A DNA stretch of 63,996 nucleotides, counting the filler, from Phoronis australis (lineage: Eukaryota > Animalia > Phoronida), in the NCBI GenBank assembly GCA_002633005.1. It is 9 parts of 9 records of this genome, joined end to end, with 100 filler letters (N's around TTAATTAATTAA, not from the genome) between each part and the next. Parts side by side here need not be neighbours in the genome. Positions count along the whole stretch, not along the records: positions 1 to 3,558 come from NMRA01002022.1; positions 3,659 to 7,670 come from NMRA01001658.1; positions 7,771 to 11,205 come from NMRA01003022.1; positions 11,306 to 22,928 come from NMRA01001687.1; 5 more parts are not named here. One strand, given 5' to 3'. The number at the start of each line of letters is the position of its first letter. The stretch's first letter is position 1. The position numbers and the translations under genes were made by a program. The notes beneath the pieces were generated by a model. That model was not told where the DNA came from. It ran no database searches and saw only the letters and a program-made list of their open reading frames with translations. This document shows, piece by piece, positions 1 through 11,938 of this stretch.

Positions 1-257
1 ACATTTATATCAATTAAAATTGCGTCGTGATATTGACGTAATTGTTTTGTTTTGTGCTAAATTTTCTATTTGATATGGTCACGTGACACAATTAATAACA
101 GATTGATAAAAAGTCACTAATCAAATTCTACAGGCTCTCTACTTTCAGAAACTGAGTTAAAATTTATAGTTTTGTAGAAATTTGTTAAGTGCGCACACCG
201 GACAATATGATCCTACATAACCTTCAATGATTGGCAAATATGTTCACCGTGAAGGAT

Positions 258-2694
258 TTTTATTATGCGCCCACATATTTATATGTGGACGCATTATGCC
301 CTCATCTCCGTCCGTCTGTCCGGCGTCCGCTGCTCTATCTCAAAAACGCCTTGACGTATGGTCGTGAAATTTTGCACATGTGTTCCTTTCATGGATGGGA
401 CGGCATGAGCAAACTTTGGGACAGATCCGACTACCGGTGTGGCCCCTAGTGGCAATTTTAGTTTTTTACGTTTATCACTTTATCTTCAAAAGTCCTGTAG
501 TGATTTTCATAAAATTTGGTATATAGACATCTATTAGTCAGGTGAAGCCATACTCCTGTTTTCGGATGGATTCAATGTAGTTTGCGCCACCTGGTGGCCA
601 TTTTTACTGTTTTCGAGTCTGTTTTTTGCGTCCACCCCTCTATCAACCAAACCGCTCAATGGATGATTGTGAAAATTGGCATGTATGTTTTTACTATAAA
701 GTCCACAGCTGACGATGATTTTCCGACAACTACTGTGGCACCTCCTAGTGGCAGTTTTGTTTTTTTTGCGCCTATGGCTGTATCTCCTAAACCGTGTGCA
801 TAATCTTTACTAAATTTAGTAAGGGCATTTATATAATGTTAACAACAGAGGACGACGACTTTCGGACAGATCTGACTACTGGTGTGCCACCTAGTGGCAA
901 TTTTATTTTTTACGTTTGCCTTTGTATATTCAACGTATTTTCATAAAATTTGGCATACCGCCATCTGTTAATGAGATGACGCTATCTCTTGGTTTTCAGA
1001 TGGATTCGACCTAGTTTGCACCACCTAGTGGCCATTTTTACTGTTTTCGAATCTGTTTTTGGCGTCCACTCGTCTATCAACCAAACCACTTTCAGGATAA
1101 TTGGGAAAATTGGCATGTTTGTTTTTACTATGAAGTGGATGGCTGATTATGATTTTCCGAGGACCTATTAGTGAGATGACACTGACCTCCCGTTTTCAGA
1201 TGGATTCAAGGTAGTTTGCGCCACCTAGTGGCCATTTTACTGTTTTTGAGTCTGTTTTTTTTGCGTCAACCAAACCACTCAAGGGATGATTGTGAAAGTT
1301 GGCACGTGTGTTCTTACTATGAAGTGGACGGCTGATGATGATTTTCCGCTGATTTCGACTACTGTGGCCTCTCCTAGTGGCATTTTTTTTGCGCCTATGG
1401 CTGTATCTTTTAAACCGTTCGAAGGATCTTTACCAAATTTTGTAAGTGTATTTATATGATATTGACATCAGATGACGATGACGTTCTGACGGAGCTGACT
1501 ACTGGTGTGTCACCTAGTGGCAATTTTATTTTTTTTGGTTTACCCCTGTATGTTCAAAGGTCCTCAATGTATTTTCATAAAATTTGGCATACAGGTATCT
1601 GTTTATGAGGTGATGCTAATTTTCTGTTTTCAGATGGATTTGACCTAGTTTGCGCCACTTAGTGGTCATTTTTACTGTTTTCGAGTCTATCAACCAAACC
1701 GCTCTAATGATGACTGTGAAAATTGGTGTATATATGTTCTCATCGTGAAGCAGACTTTTGACGATGATGACTTCGACCAGTATGGCGCCTCCTAGTGGTA
1801 TTTTTGTTTTGTACCCATAGCTTTATCTCCTAAATCCACTGCAGGATCTGTATTAAATGTAGTAAGTACATTTATATTAAGTTGACTACAGACGACGATG
1901 ACTTTTGGACGGATCTGCCTACCGGCGTGTCCCCTAGTGGCAATTCTAGTTTTTAAATTTACCTCAGTCTATCTTTCAGTGGTTTTCAACGGATTTTCAT
2001 AAAATTTGGCGTATAGGCATCTAATAGTAAGATGACGCTATCCTCTCATTTTCGAATGATTTGAGGTAGTTTGCATCACCTTGTAGTCATTTTTACTGAT
2101 TTCAAGTCTCTTTTTTGGCGTCGGCCCCTCAATTAAACAAAACACTCTAAGAATAGTTGTGAAAACTAGCATTTACAATCTTACTACAAAGAGGATGGTT
2201 GACGATGATTTTCCGACATCTTCGACTACTGTGGTGCCTCCTAGTGGCAGTTTTGTTTTACATTTTACTCTGCGTTTTTGATGTATTTTGATGAAACTTG
2301 GCAAATACAATTCTATTAATGAGGCGATGATAGCTTTTTGTTTTCAGATGGATTTGATGCAGTGTACATCTCCTAGTAGCCAGTTTCATAAAATCATGTA
2401 ACTTATTTATTTCAGGTCATAGAATGCATTTTTATTTCAGGTTTTGGAAGGGTGATAGCACTATTGAACTTCACTAAATTACGATGTGCTTGTATTATGA
2501 AGATCACTCACATTTTGCCCGCAGTCTATTAGTCTATTGAGGAGACAATGACCATGCCTTTCCATTTTGCAAAGTACAACATACTACATATATGCCCTCT
2601 ACTGGCTACTTTATGGTACCAATAAACAACCCTAGAAGGATACCGTATGCGGTGCAACTGTGGGCGCATTTCAACGCTCTGCGTTGCTCTTGTT
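258..2694 (+). mobile_element. Helentron-associated non-autonomous element (HINE/DINE-1-like), family A, full length
   Basis: T-rich 5' site, subTIR ATGCGCCCAC, 5' hairpin CCACATATTTATATGTGG, CCGTCCGTCTGTCCGGCGTCCG microsatellite, internal ~420-450 bp diverged tandem units (CCTAGTGGCAATTTT recurs at ~445, 890, 1513, 1934), 3' subTIR GTGGGCGCAT and 3' stem-loop CAACGC-TCT-GCGTTG followed by CTCTTGTT. Confidence 0.85.
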
Positions 2695-2816
2695 GATGTT
2701 TGACATACTCAACGCTACCTGGTGACCAGTTACGTCCTTTTTGGCGTCCACCTCTCTAACTGCCAAACTAAACTGTCATCTAAACTGACAAAATGTCGCT
2801 TTAAGTTAAAACTTAT

Positions 2817-3357
2817 CAAAGGGTCACCTTGTGCCAGAATGTGAAAGCTCGTCAAAAATATCTTTTAAACAATTCCTGACGAAAGTACAATTTCTAATTG
2901 TCTAGTACAGGGGAAATTCCGGAAAGAATCGGAAAATTCAGGATTTTTGAAATATGCGTGAAGAAAAAACTGTGGTTACTACTTTAATTACTAATCTCCC
3001 TCCCACTTGTGATAAATGCGTGGATACGCTCACAGTCAAATGCTTGAAATCGCTCGAGGTCAATGGTCACATTTTTCTTATACGGGAAATGTTGTGCGTC
3101 TATGTCTTGCCATACCATATAGGGAGACGTGCTTTTCCTTGTGGACGAAAAATCAAGGAAATGGCGAGCAGTTGACAGATTGTTTTTTTTTCAAATTTGA
3201 AACTAAAAGGAAATGCTTTGATATCAACAGTTTAAAAATATTAATAAACAAACCCAAAATTACCTGGTTAGCAGGTTGAATTCGTTTTCAGTGGCAGAGA
3301 ACCACTTTTATCATTGCAATTTAGTCTCACTGTTTATTACGTTCCTAGCCTCTTTAA
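2817..3357 (+). mobile_element. Diverged copy of TTAA-flanked MITE (same family as 19885-20419)
   Basis: Shares GTCAAA.ATATCTTTTAAA, GCTCACAGTCAA.TGCTTGAA, AAATGCTTTGATATCA and the terminal CGTTCC.AG.CCTCTTTAA with 19885-20419. Left boundary is approximate. Confidence 0.65.
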
Positions 3358-3558
3358 AGTGGCTGAGAAACGAAAAAAGATGAGTTTTATTTCACAATTA
3401 TTTTTTTAGAAATCGGCTGATTGTACTTGATGAACATGTTCATGTTCTTCCAGGTATTCTGAGTCCATTGTCATCCTGTTCTCACCATGCCTATACTCTT
3501 CTCAGTCATCGCACGTGGCAGTACGGTGCTAACGAAGTACGCCAGCTGCGCAGGCAAC

Positions 3559-3658
3559 NNNNNNNNNNNNNNNNNNNNNNNNNNNNNNNNNNNNNNNNNN
3601 NNTTAATTAATTAANNNNNNNNNNNNNNNNNNNNNNNNNNNNNNNNNNNNNNNNNNNN
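3559..3658. other. Artificial contig spacer (44 N + TTAATTAATTAA + 44 N)
   Basis: Identical 100-bp spacer also at 7671-7770, 11206-11305, 22929-23028, 35546-35645, 46204-46303, 52964-53063 and 60667-60766. TTAATTAATTAA gives stops in all six frames. Confidence 0.97.
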
Positions 3659-3988
3659 ACACTTACTACCCATTTCCCTATTGGAATACATGGGAATATT
3701 GGATGTGCTGTAATCCATACAAAAACATTTTTTTTTGATTTTAAAAATAACTTTTTATTTTATTGTTTGGTATCCTTAATAAAACCCCATTGACAAAATC
3801 CATGAATTTTAACATGCCTCCGCCGACCTCTGCAGGTTTTCTCAGATAACGCCTCTTAAGTGAGATAGTTTTATAATGATAACTGTCAACTTTTAGCGAA
3901 TGTCACATACTGCTATTATACAGTCCACCTCTCCCTCGGGAATCGTTTTGCCTTTTGATTTGGTAAAACCATTGAGTACTGTACCAAC

Positions 3989-4057
3989 CTGTTCTTCAGT
4001 CGGACCAGCTCCTTCAACAGCACAGTCTTGCTTTGTTCGTTCCAGTTCCTTGTGTTT
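3989..4057 (-). CDS. Possible isolated 69-nt internal exon of an unidentified gene
   Basis: Acceptor cttccag and donor gttggt flank a stop-free 69-nt block (NTRNWNEQSKTVLLKELVRLKNR or KHKELERTKQDCAVEGAGPTEEQ). No family recognised. Confidence 0.25.
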
Positions 4058-4339
4058 CTGGAAGTGAGATTCGAATAGCTTTCAATGGGAGTGTTCGCAG
4101 AGTATAACGTGCTAACCAAAATACGTTAAAAACTCACCAGAGAGCCAGATTGGCTGTAAACGTTATTTTTCTTCATTTGAAGAGTAATTTTGGGCTCCAA
4201 ACGAACTCTGACGTGATTGGTTTAAGACCAGGTTCTACAAGCTGACTTGTCACCACGTGATATTTTATTCAGTCAGATCCTGGTCTTGCCAATCAACAAA
4301 AGTTCACTTCTATCGCAGAGGAAAGAGTACATAGCAGAA

Positions 4340-4816
4340 GAACGCCTACTGTAGACTATGTGTTTACCGTATATACCCGGAGTTACCAAGAAGCTAGGAC
4401 GCATACGTAAAGAATATAAAATAAGAACAGTATACCGCAGCTCAGACCGTACACTGTGTCGGCAACTAACAAAAGCCAAACAAAGAACTGACAAGGCGAA
4501 AAAGAAAAATGTCACCTATGAAATCCCATGTGAATGTGGTGATTCATATGCCAGTGAAAATTGAAGGCCACTGGAGGCAAGAATTGCTGTACATAAGAGG
4601 TGCTGTAGAGAGGATAATACCTCCTCAGGAAAAACAGCCCACATGAGGTCAAAACAACACCATACCCAGTGGAATAACATCCGAATACTTGACAGTGAAA
4701 CATGTTGTACGAAGAGAAAGATCAAGGAAGCCATGTACATGAAAGTACAAGGCAATGTCTTCAGTCAGCCAAGCAAACAACCAAGTGACACCTGACTCAG
4801 TCTACTTAGGAAGTAG
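4340..4816 (+). mobile_element. Penelope-like retroelement 3' remnant (RT C-terminus + GIY-YIG endonuclease), inactivated
   Basis: One frame reads CLPYIPGVTKKLGRI...NVTYEIPCECGDSYASEN*RPLEARIAVHKR...AH...HHTQWNNIRILDSE...RKIKEAMYM, matching PLE motifs (LPY, VYxIPCxCxxxYIGET, RxLxxRxxEH, RxxxEA). In-frame stops at 4562-4564 and ~4794. Confidence 0.88.
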
Positions 4817-4854
4817 GAAGGTTTAGTGAACTTCCATTTAAATAAATGGATCAC

Positions 4855-4933
4855 TCCGTGGTGTAGTGGTTAAAGTGCTGGATTTAAATTATCTGTATTT
4901 TCAGAAGTCGTTGGTTCAAGTCCCACCTCGGAC
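4855..4933 (+). ncRNA. tRNA-derived segment (Pol III A/B boxes) immediately 3' of the Penelope ORF
   Basis: A-box TGGTGTAGTGG, B-box GGTTCAAGTCC, terminal TCCG.../...CGGA pairing. The anticodon arm is not canonical, so this is not called a functional tRNA. Confidence 0.6.
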
Positions 4934-4992
4934 AAAAAGTCACGCCATGGATGCACAACGTATCCGCGCTCGTTTTTTTAGGAACGCAGGAA

Positions 4993-5034
4993 CACCTAGA
5001 GAGGGCCTTAGATTAGATCTCTCGAAACGTCGTG
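4993..5034 (+). ncRNA. Degenerate minimal type-I hammerhead ribozyme of the Penelope element
   Basis: CAC-CTAGAGA(for CTGANGA)-stem II-CGAAACGTC-GTG. Stem I is CAC/GTG and stem III the palindromic ACGT, as in PLE minimal hammerheads. The core box is mutated. Confidence 0.5.
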
Positions 5035-7770
5035 ACAGTTTAAATAGACAAGAGGTTGGTGTTATAGTCCAAGAGGTTTTAATAATATTTGAAACATGGT
5101 TGAGAACACGATAGTACTTTGTTTTAGACATGCAAGCTCGCTCATAGTCTCTAAACGCCGGGCTGTTATGAAGTAAGAACTGACATAACAGACAAACAAG
5201 TTATTACGTTTGTTTTACAGTGTATTTTGAGAGAACTTGAAGCAGTAGGAGGGTGGATGGTGGGTGCTTATTACAACAATGATATTATAGCTACCGACTC
5301 TAGTTTAATAGTATAGTTTTATCATAGTGACTGTCCAAAAGTTTGACTGCATATAAGGATACTGTAAGTAGACCGTCACCAGCTTTAATATAGTGGCTAG
5401 ATTCTCCTTCCGTGGTGTAATGTTGTTAATTGCCATCTGACGACATTTTGAGTGAATGAGATAATAAGGAGAAAAAAAAAAACAACATAATTTGAAATGC
5501 ACTTTTTGCCAATCGACTTGTGTCTGGATCTCAAAATGTACGCACCGTTGCAGTTAAAATAACATATCATCACACAACAATGAAGTTGCTTGCACTTTTG
5601 CAATGTCACCTGAACGGTCAAAGGTCAAAGTTCGATGAAACAGGTACAACATAAAACGAGTAACCATGTTACACGGATGACAAAATTATTTCTTGGCAAG
5701 ATTTAAGTACTACCTGTACCCGGTCTTTCTTATTGTGACGAACAACGCTTTCAGAAGCCCCCATATCGTAACTCTTGTGTCGGTGAGTCGCAGTGAATAT
5801 GATTATAACAAGAGGCCGGTTTCTCCATATATAGACAGTTTCCATGCATCATTGCAAAACCCATCCTACAGATATCCGGTAATGTTGTTGTTTGCAAAAA
5901 ACAGGAATCACATTAGACTAGTATGAAGATGAAAGGGGATGCTACCGGTGTTTGACTTAGCATTATAATGAACCCTGGCTATGACTTTGTTGTCATAGGA
6001 CCCCATTTGTTGCAACAAAGAGTCTTAACTTAATTGAAAACCTTCATTTCTACTTTCATACACAGATTTAGAAAATGCCGAGAAAATTAGTACACACGTC
6101 ATTTGCAAAGAATCAAATTATGCAACTCATATTAGACCAAGTGGTAAATGCTTCAGTCCGTCATGTACCTACATGTACATGTGCTATTCGAATGCTCATC
6201 ATTTTCACGGCCCATTTTTGATCAACACTGCTGTATAACATTTTATTTAAATATGCTGTTGCTCATTAAAAACGTAAATATTTAATGTTGTAAGAAGCGT
6301 CGCCAAGTGACTTAATGGACAACTGCAGGGACAAGTATAATCAGGAAAAAACAAATTGTAAATAAATTGCGGCTTTTCTGAAAACACCACAACCTCTATA
6401 CACTTAAGAGGTAATGACACATAGGAAAAAACTAAGAATTCCAAATATTACGAAATTGTTATTTGATTGTTAAATTATCGAATATTAAAACCTTTGCCGT
6501 GGTTCATTAGTGTGAAGACAATGCTATGGGGTTTCCATTGTCGTTCCAAAAATGTGTACGAGAAAAGTATGCAAATATTTAGAATTTGCGATACTAGAGA
6601 AGCACAAATAGCATGATGTTGAGTATTGTGAAAAGTAAAAGCAAAATCAAATTACGAAACGATTGATTTCGTTGTGTTCACCGTTAGTCTCGGCCGCTTA
6701 GCCAGATTTCAGTTAAAGAGACCTCTAGCTTTTCTGTAGAGTAAGAGTTCATGATAAGAACACAACACGATGCAAGCTCTAGAGTAAAATTAGTGAATAC
6801 CAATTGTGACGAGTGGCAACTGTTTCTTTTCCAGTTTGGCTGTGCTCGTGATACCGGATTCTAGACCGCGTACATGTATATGCATGGCGGGGGCCCCTTT
6901 TTCATCTCAGTTCCGTTGTGATTAGGCCTAATTGCACTCATGTGGTCTACCGTTCCTTTTAAAGACCGTTGACAGAAATTAATTTAATCGGACAAACAAG
7001 CTACATGTATCAACAAGCTCAATTGGTCACTGGTGCGCGTGTGTGTGTGTGATTGCTGAGCGATTTGAAAGTGTTTGCAAGCAAGTCGGTCAACTAAAAC
7101 CACGGTGGGTTAACGGTCTGCGTTTGGGTTTACGTTTATGGACATCCCCACTGACCAGTAATACGGAGGAGCCCCTAGGAGAAGCTTGAACGCCAATAAA
7201 TAATCAGCCTGGCAAAGACGTGATTAGCAAAGTAATAGGACACTTTAAGAGGCAGTCCATATAAAAACCAGTAGATTTTCAAAAATCAGTCTATACGTCA
7301 AAATTTAAAACAACTCCATTTTTTGTACATGGGTAGGTATCCTAACAAAAACCCAAATGCCAAATTTTGCGCACTCAATGACCCCTAATTTCGCCGCTGG
7401 AGCATGATAACACAAATTGGCACAATTGGGCATATTAGCCGTCTCAAAAATCGCATGTTTTCAGCAACAAAAATGAGTAACATACAAAAGAGATCAAAAG
7501 CTATATTTTGGTGGCTGAAATAACCAACGTATACTGTGCATATTTCTGTGCCATTTATTAAAATCTAACAGTTTTATGCTAGACAGGGGAGATAATCCAC
7601 AGACCACTTTTTGGGGCTAATTTTAGTGGCCATTTTTGTGACCTTCTTACTGCCATAAAACACCTTGTAGNNNNNNNNNNNNNNNNNNNNNNNNNNNNNN
7701 NNNNNNNNNNNNNNTTAATTAATTAANNNNNNNNNNNNNNNNNNNNNNNNNNNNNNNNNNNNNNNNNNNN

Positions 7771-7870
7771 CAGTGGTGTATGGTACACTCAGTGGTGTAT
7801 GGTACACTCAGTGGTTGGTGTATGGTACACTCAGTGGTGTATGGTACACTCAATGGTGTATGGTACGCTC
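7771..7870. repeat. 19-bp minisatellite (CAGTGGTGTATGGTACACT) x~5, truncated by the gap
   Basis: Tandem units directly visible. Confidence 0.9.
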
Positions 7871-7907
7871 GAGATGGTCAATGATGAGCACTTTTTTATG
7901 TCTTTGA

Positions 7908-7979
7908 TTGCCAAAAGCTGGGCTCAAACTAAGAACCTTTAGATTATCAGTCCAGTACGCCAACCACTACACCAGCGGG
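7908..7979 (-). mobile_element. Degenerate tRNA-derived SINE head / tRNA pseudogene
   Basis: Minus strand CCCGCTGGTGTAGTGGTTGGCGTACTGGACTGATAATCTAAAGGTTCTTAGTTTGAGCCC contains an A-box, an anticodon-like arm and a degraded B-box. Confidence 0.5.
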
Positions 7980-8170
7980 TTGTCTAGAGGTAGGTGTAAA
8001 ATAGACCAATAGATTTTAGAACTGATGTTCCATCATTGTGACTACATTCACAATATAAATTTGTCAAAAACAACTGAAGTGTTGAAATATGGAAAAGAGA
8101 CGACAGCCGTGTCTCAATTGAACTGAGTTTAACATCTCAAAATGTGAGAGACAGAGATAGGAACACTCAC

Positions 8171-8287
8171 TACAGTGCATCTCATCTGAGTTATCAGGAC
8201 AGTCAGCCAACTTGTTACAGACGAGTTCGTAGCGAATACATGTACCATCAGTGCAGCGGAACTGGTTCCCAGGACATGTAGGTGTGG
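8171..8287 (-). CDS. LRP2: Megalin / LRP2 exon (last LDLa repeat of ligand-binding cluster III)
   Basis: Phase 1-1 exon with ag/gt ends; [38 protein letters not shown]. Confidence 0.88.
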
Positions 8288-8816
8288 CTGAAACTGATGA
8301 TGAAAATCACATTACTGTTACAAGGTTTGACAACCCAATGCAATGAATCATTAACAAAAACAGTACAATATACACATCAATGAAACAGAAACACAACGGT
8401 TTTATCCTCCGGATTCATTTTTTCATTTTCCACATAGAGGCTGATTACTAAATAATTAGAATGCTCATATCTCGTAAACCAACCTTGGGCGTATGTTTTT
8501 TCAACCAAACTTGAGCTTTTGTAAGAAAATCAGAATTAGTAACTATCGCTACAATTGTGATCACAATCATGGATGGAAAAACTGGCATAATCAAGTAAAA
8601 GCCCCAAACTACACAAGACATGATAGCATACTATACGGCACCTGCACTAAAGATGCAAGTTTCAAGTTCTCACTCTATTCAACACTAAACGACAAAACCT
8701 GTGCAAACAAAACTCATCAATCTGGCCCAATGCGAAAAGTGTTGTTGTTTTAAGTTTTCCTTGGTACAACAAACAAAATTGTCAAAAACCTGATGGTGAC
8801 TAGTGTCCACACTTAC

Positions 8817-8939
8817 AACAATCTGACGGTCGTTCATCCGAGTTGTCCCAGCAGTCGTTCTGACCGTCACACTTGTAACTCTGTGGGATACAGCGCTTGT
8901 TGGAGCACGTGTACTCATCAGGGGCGCAAGTAGGGTAAG
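8817..8939 (-). CDS. LRP2: Megalin / LRP2 exon (LDLa repeat)
   Basis: Phase 1-1, 123 nt; [40 protein letters not shown]; acceptor tttctag, donor gtaagt. Confidence 0.88.
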
Positions 8940-9451
8940 CTAGAAACAGTAGGAGCCAGAATATGAGTACTGAAGAACTGAGGCGTCATGACATGTGAGA
9001 GGGGAACGGAAGTCACCCACTCGACAAGAAATATGAAAGCATTGTAAAGTTACTGATATTACTGCCAAACATTTCTTTGGGCAGAAAAAAGTGGTTTTTA
9101 AATTAATTTGAAGGTGAATAATTTAAAGCGGCACAAAATCCATGAAAGCGCTGCATCTTATTTTCAATAATAGTATCTCAGGAATCACTACAGTAACAAG
9201 ATCATTGCAAGCATTTTGCTGATGTTTAGAGATTTTTGTAAGAAATTTTGTAATAACTGATTACTTTGTGTCCCAATTAAAAAAATAGATGGCTGTTTGT
9301 CGTATTTTATGTTGTTTGCAACTAACACAAGAAGGGCATAATTATGCAGACTGTTAGAAATGATACAAAAAGTAATTAATTAAAATATATGAATAACTTA
9401 ATGAAATGATCCAGATAATACAAGACTTGCATTTGAACGTATACCGCTTAC

Positions 9452-9709
9452 CGCAGTTTTGCTGTTCATCTGATCCATCACCGCAGTCATTCTCATGATC
9501 ACATGTCCAGTATGAGGGTATACAGACATCGTTGTCACACTTGAACTGAGTTGATGTACAGTTGGATGGAGGACACGACTGTTCTTCATCCTCCCCACCC
9601 ATACAGTCTCGGTCACCATCGCAGACAAACGCTCGCTGAATGCAGCCATAGTACCCAGCATTAATGTTTGATTGACACGTGAACTGGTCAGGACGACACG
9701 TTCTCAAGT
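9452..9709 (-). CDS. LRP2: Megalin / LRP2 exon (two LDLa repeats)
   Basis: 258 nt, phase 1-1; LRTCRPDQFTCQSNINAGYYGCIQRAFVCDGDRDC...CDHENDCGDGSDEQQNC. The long Cys2-Cys3 loop matches the equivalent megalin repeat as I recall it. Confidence 0.9.
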
Positions 9710-10298
9710 CTGAAACATTCACGGAATCGTACACTAAGAACAATGAACTTTGCTTGAGACTCGCATAAATTAACAAATCATATCACGTGAAATTAGAGAG
9801 TCGACTCTGAGTGTACAGCGCAACTGAATCTAAAGTAAAGTTTAATGTAGATAGTTTTCAAGTAAATTTATCTATTTTCACTTTAGAACATAAGATACTT
9901 TAAAATCTTCAGATTTGTTGCCAAGTAACTGTGACTACGAGTAATTTCTTCATTCTTTTATTACTTTCATCAAAACTCTTGTTTGTTCACAAGACAGATT
10001 CTTTCGACTGAAGTTAGATTTTAAACCATTTTGGAAACTCACGCCAAATATAGACGTTCCGGAAAATAATTTGATTTTGGAGTCATTGTTATTTACTAAA
10101 AAAATCTGGTTAGGACTCGTTAAAAATTTTGAAAGAAATAAAGTTCTTATAATTTTTTAAGTGCTTGAGAATGCAAAGTTTGTATCAAAAGGAGTTATTG
10201 TTAAGATCAAAACAGATGAAAGTATACACGACAACACTGTCACATGACAGCCAATGACAGCCAATGACAGCAATAGAGCAGAGATGGCCTTTACTCAC

Positions 10299-10430
10299 GG
10301 CATTCGTGTCTCAGGTCTTCGTCTGAGTTGTCACCGCAGTCGTTACTGGTGTCACAAACCCACCTAGGGTTGATACATCGCCCGTTGTCACAAGTGAACT
10401 GGTTGCCATAGCATGTTGAACCGGGTTGAC
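10299..10430 (-). CDS. LRP2: Megalin / LRP2 exon (LDLa repeat)
   Basis: 132 nt, phase 1-1; [43 protein letters not shown], compared with megalin SDEDKRHQC (from recall). Confidence 0.9.
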
Positions 10431-11080
10431 CTGTCGAACAACGAATACACCAAATAAGCTGCGAAAGCCGAGTCCATAAATGATATGATAGGGAGCTAGA
10501 ACTCACAAGATGGCGTTAGTGAAGCAATGGTCATACACCTGAAAATGCATGGGTTCGGATAGTCGCAAGTGAACAGATTTCTGTTCTAAATCTGAGACGA
10601 GAAGAAGGCGATCCATTACAGCATGCCTACTGAGTAATAAGTCGTTCAAGACACAATGACTTAAGGAACGGTCTTCACTCAGTGCAAAGGTTCAAAATGG
10701 TGAACTTAAAGTAATGAATCATTGACATATCCACGTGCCAAAAATATACTAATGAGAAAGCGTTTCCATGAAGGGAAGTCATCTATAAAGAGGCACTTTC
10801 AACGCCGTTAAGATACATTCCAAAAATCTCCAAGTGAGAGATAAAACAATTACACAAATCAGTAATAGTTCACGAGGATACAGCTCAGCTTCAGATCACA
10901 CTAACAACATTTCAACCTAAAACCATCGCTCTCCTCAAACATATCTTAACCATAAGTATCCATATGGTGCAAATGTTAGTAAGGACTTCTTGTCTTAGTA
11001 TCATCTTAGCATACTTAGGTCTATTTTAAGGGCTTTTGACTAGAAAAGAGTGCAGGGTAATAACGTAAACAGTATTTCAC

Positions 11081-11182
11081 CACAGGTGTCTGGTTCATCC
11101 TCCCCGGTCGGACAATCTTCGTGTCCGTCACAGTGCCAAGAGTTAGGGATACAACGGCCATTGTTACATTGAAAGTACTCCG
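11081..11182 (-). CDS. LRP2: Megalin / LRP2 exon (LDLa repeat lacking its first Cys, presumably in the upstream exon)
   Basis: 102 nt, phase 1-1; [33 protein letters not shown]. All five exons splice into one open frame. Confidence 0.87.
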
Positions 11183-11499
11183 CTGTAAAGAGATACATCA
11201 AAACANNNNNNNNNNNNNNNNNNNNNNNNNNNNNNNNNNNNNNNNNNNNTTAATTAATTAANNNNNNNNNNNNNNNNNNNNNNNNNNNNNNNNNNNNNNN
11301 NNNNNCAGGAATTGTAGAGGTAGAATGGCGGCCATAACATACAGTGATACGGCGGGTTAATTAGGTGAAGAACAAGAAGATTTAAGATGAAAACTATTAT
11401 CTCTGAACTGAAATTGAAGTGCTGAGATACGGTAAGAGGACTTATTTTTTTAGATTTGCTGTGTTTCTTGGTTCCCTTTCGATATTTTGTTCTCTGGCT

Positions 11500-11938
11500 C
11501 GTATTTATTTTCGAGTATGATTTCAAGCACACTGCCATACCAAACTTGAAATTAGAGCATAGACTCCGAATTTTTACTCAAAATCGTACTCGAAATATGG
11601 ATGAGATACACTTCAGTTGGAGTACACTCGAAAACTGAGTACGTGCTCGAAATTTCGAGTACAGATTTTTCGAGTATGACATTGAATACACCAAAGCTGA
11701 GTCTGTACTCGAGTTGAGTATGAAGTGTGAGTTTGAGCATGGTTCGAGTCTGAGTACGGAGATTGGAGATCGGGCCCAGGCTGAGTGACTGTCAACAGGG
11801 GGCAGTTTAACAGCGTTAGCCTCGCTTTGGATTTCAACTTAATATTCATGAGGTAATATTAATACTCGAGTTGAGTATGAAGTGTGAGTTTGAGCATGAT
11901 TCGAGTCTGAGTACGGAGATTGGAGACCGGGCCCAGGA
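11500..11938. mobile_element. Right end of a Harbinger-type element with duplicated terminus
   Basis: Ends in GATTGGAGA(T/C)CGGGCCCAG at ~11780 and again at ~11937 (same TIR as the MITEs at 21296 and 26300). Rich in ACTCGA/TCGAGT motifs; ~75-bp terminal block repeated. Confidence 0.6.

Noticed and set aside
231-1171. Short ORFs in the track (also 54496-56665)
   Set aside because: Chance frames inside HINE tandem units, with no domain motifs.
3454-3558. Possible plus-strand exon after ttcttccag
   Set aside because: Cut by the gap, and the peptide (ILSPLSSCSHHAYTLLSHRTWQYGANEVRQLRRQ) is not recognised.
3603-3614. Recurrent TTAATTAATTAA palindrome as a biological motif
   Set aside because: It is always centred in 44+44 Ns, so it is a synthetic six-frame stop linker.
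4855-4933. Functional tRNA gene
   Set aside because: No canonical anticodon arm; treated as a tRNA-derived segment.
7771-7870. CRISPR-like array
   Set aside because: Units are head-to-tail with no unique spacers, the context is eukaryotic and there are no cas genes. The same applies to 29478-29640 and the 27-bp YQDP array.
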